DNA of 63,825 bases, filler included, from Folioceros fuciformis (Eukaryota), in assembly GCA_049999805.1 (NCBI GenBank). It is 31 parts of 31 records of this genome, joined end to end, with 100 filler letters (N's around TTAATTAATTAA, not from the genome) between each part and the next. Parts side by side here need not be neighbours in the genome. Positions count along the whole stretch, not along the records: positions 62,576 to 63,825 come from JBNGIO010002461.1; 30 more parts are not named here. One strand, written 5' to 3'. Each line of letters begins with the position of its first letter. Position 1 is the first letter of the stretch. Below are positions 62,576 through 63,825 of the stretch, piece after piece. The notes below the pieces were generated by a model that was not told the origin of the DNA, made no database searches, and saw only the letters and a list, made by a program, of their open reading frames with translations. Made by a program: the position numbers and the translations under genes.

Positions 62576-63825
62576 TTTTTAAGATAGATATTAATAATAT
62601 TTCTACTCTTACTATTATTTAGCTAGATAGAGAACTCTAAAAAGAGCTATAAGTACTTAAATCTAAGCTTATTAAAGATACTAATATAAGTACTAGCTAA
62701 CTATATTATCTAGAATTAAAGCTCTCTTATTCTACTAACTTTTATAACTAGTAAAATAAGAATTCTTACTTCTTTAAGTTTAATTTTAAAGTAGATATTA
62801 AATTCTTTCTTACTAAAACTAATATCTTAAAAGAAGTAGTAAAGTTTAGTAAAGTCTATACTACCTTTAAGTTATATAATATATACTAGTCTTAGTACTA
62901 TTTAACTCTTACTACTATTAAAGTATAGATTAAGATACTTTAAGAGTATAATTTAGCTAAGCTTAATTAACTTATATATATCTTAAAAGTATATTTACTA
63001 TCTAATAAAGCTAAGATATAGGCTATTACTATAAATAACTTTCTTATATACTAGTTTATTATAGATAACTTACTACTATTTAAATATAATATTCTTTCTA
63101 CCTTAGACCTTAATTACGTTAATACTATAATTAAAGTAATAGATTATATACTAGATAGAATATATAAGATAAATACTAAGTATAATTTTATTTAATATAT
63201 TAAGCGTAAGAACTATATTAAAGAAACTATTAAATAGTTAAAAAATCTAAAGTATATTCTATTACTATCTACTAAGAAGTAAAAGAAGGCTAAGAAACTT
63301 TATTACTAAGACTTACTAACTCTTTATAATAAAAAAGAGATAATTTAGAAATAAGTAAAGAAGCTTTATAAAGATATTAAGTCTAATAATAATAAAGAGA
63401 CTAGTAATAAGAAAGTAGAGTTAGTTAAGCTAGAATAAACTACTAAAAATATTAATAAGTATATTAATAAGTTCTAAAAAAATAAGAATACTTTTAATAT
63501 TAACTTTTAAAAACTTACTACTATTATACCTACTACTAAGTATAGAATATTAACTATAGGTAACTTAACTATAAAGAAAGATAATATAATAGCTATTTCT
63601 TATAAGTAGTATATACTTAATCTAAATAATCTCTAAGATTACTAGTTCTAGAATAGTAAAGTTATTAGATATAAAACTAAAGTTATTTAAGAGCTTATAA
63701 ACTTTTAAAAAACTAATTAAGTTTATAATAATAATAAAGTAGAGCTATAATTTTTACTTAGTATAGTAGATAGAAAAACTCTAGTTTACTAGTAGTCTAA
63801 GAATTCTAATAGTATTATTAAATTT
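62576..63825. repeat. AT-rich segment with a RIP-like mutation signature
   Basis: No CpA or TpG found by eye, only two CpG noticed, and a heavy TpA excess. The remaining C is almost always in CpT and G in ApG. Confidence 0.8.

Overview
This is eukaryotic, land-plant-like DNA (probably a non-seed plant, by inference) from a draft pseudo-scaffold. It comprises 31 segments joined by 30 artificial 100-bp spacers (N44-TTAATTAATTAA-N44), so adjacency across spacers has no biological meaning. The 14.4-kb first segment holds the 3' end of a Ty3/Gypsy element whose integrase ends in a PHD finger, a solo LTR with a 5-bp TSD, a decayed MULE transposase, a 14-exon chloroplast glutamyl endopeptidase gene (S9 family) and an intronless A1 aspartic protease. 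The 1-3.4 kb segments that follow are mostly nested TE debris (Copia, Gypsy/chromovirus, pogo). They also contain ten fragments of one repeat family encoding an uncharacterised ~800-aa protein ('ORF-X'), a fragment with an OSB-type PDF motif, and the 3' part of a polyamine oxidase gene. The final segment carries an extreme RIP-like dinucleotide signature that suggests fungal origin.
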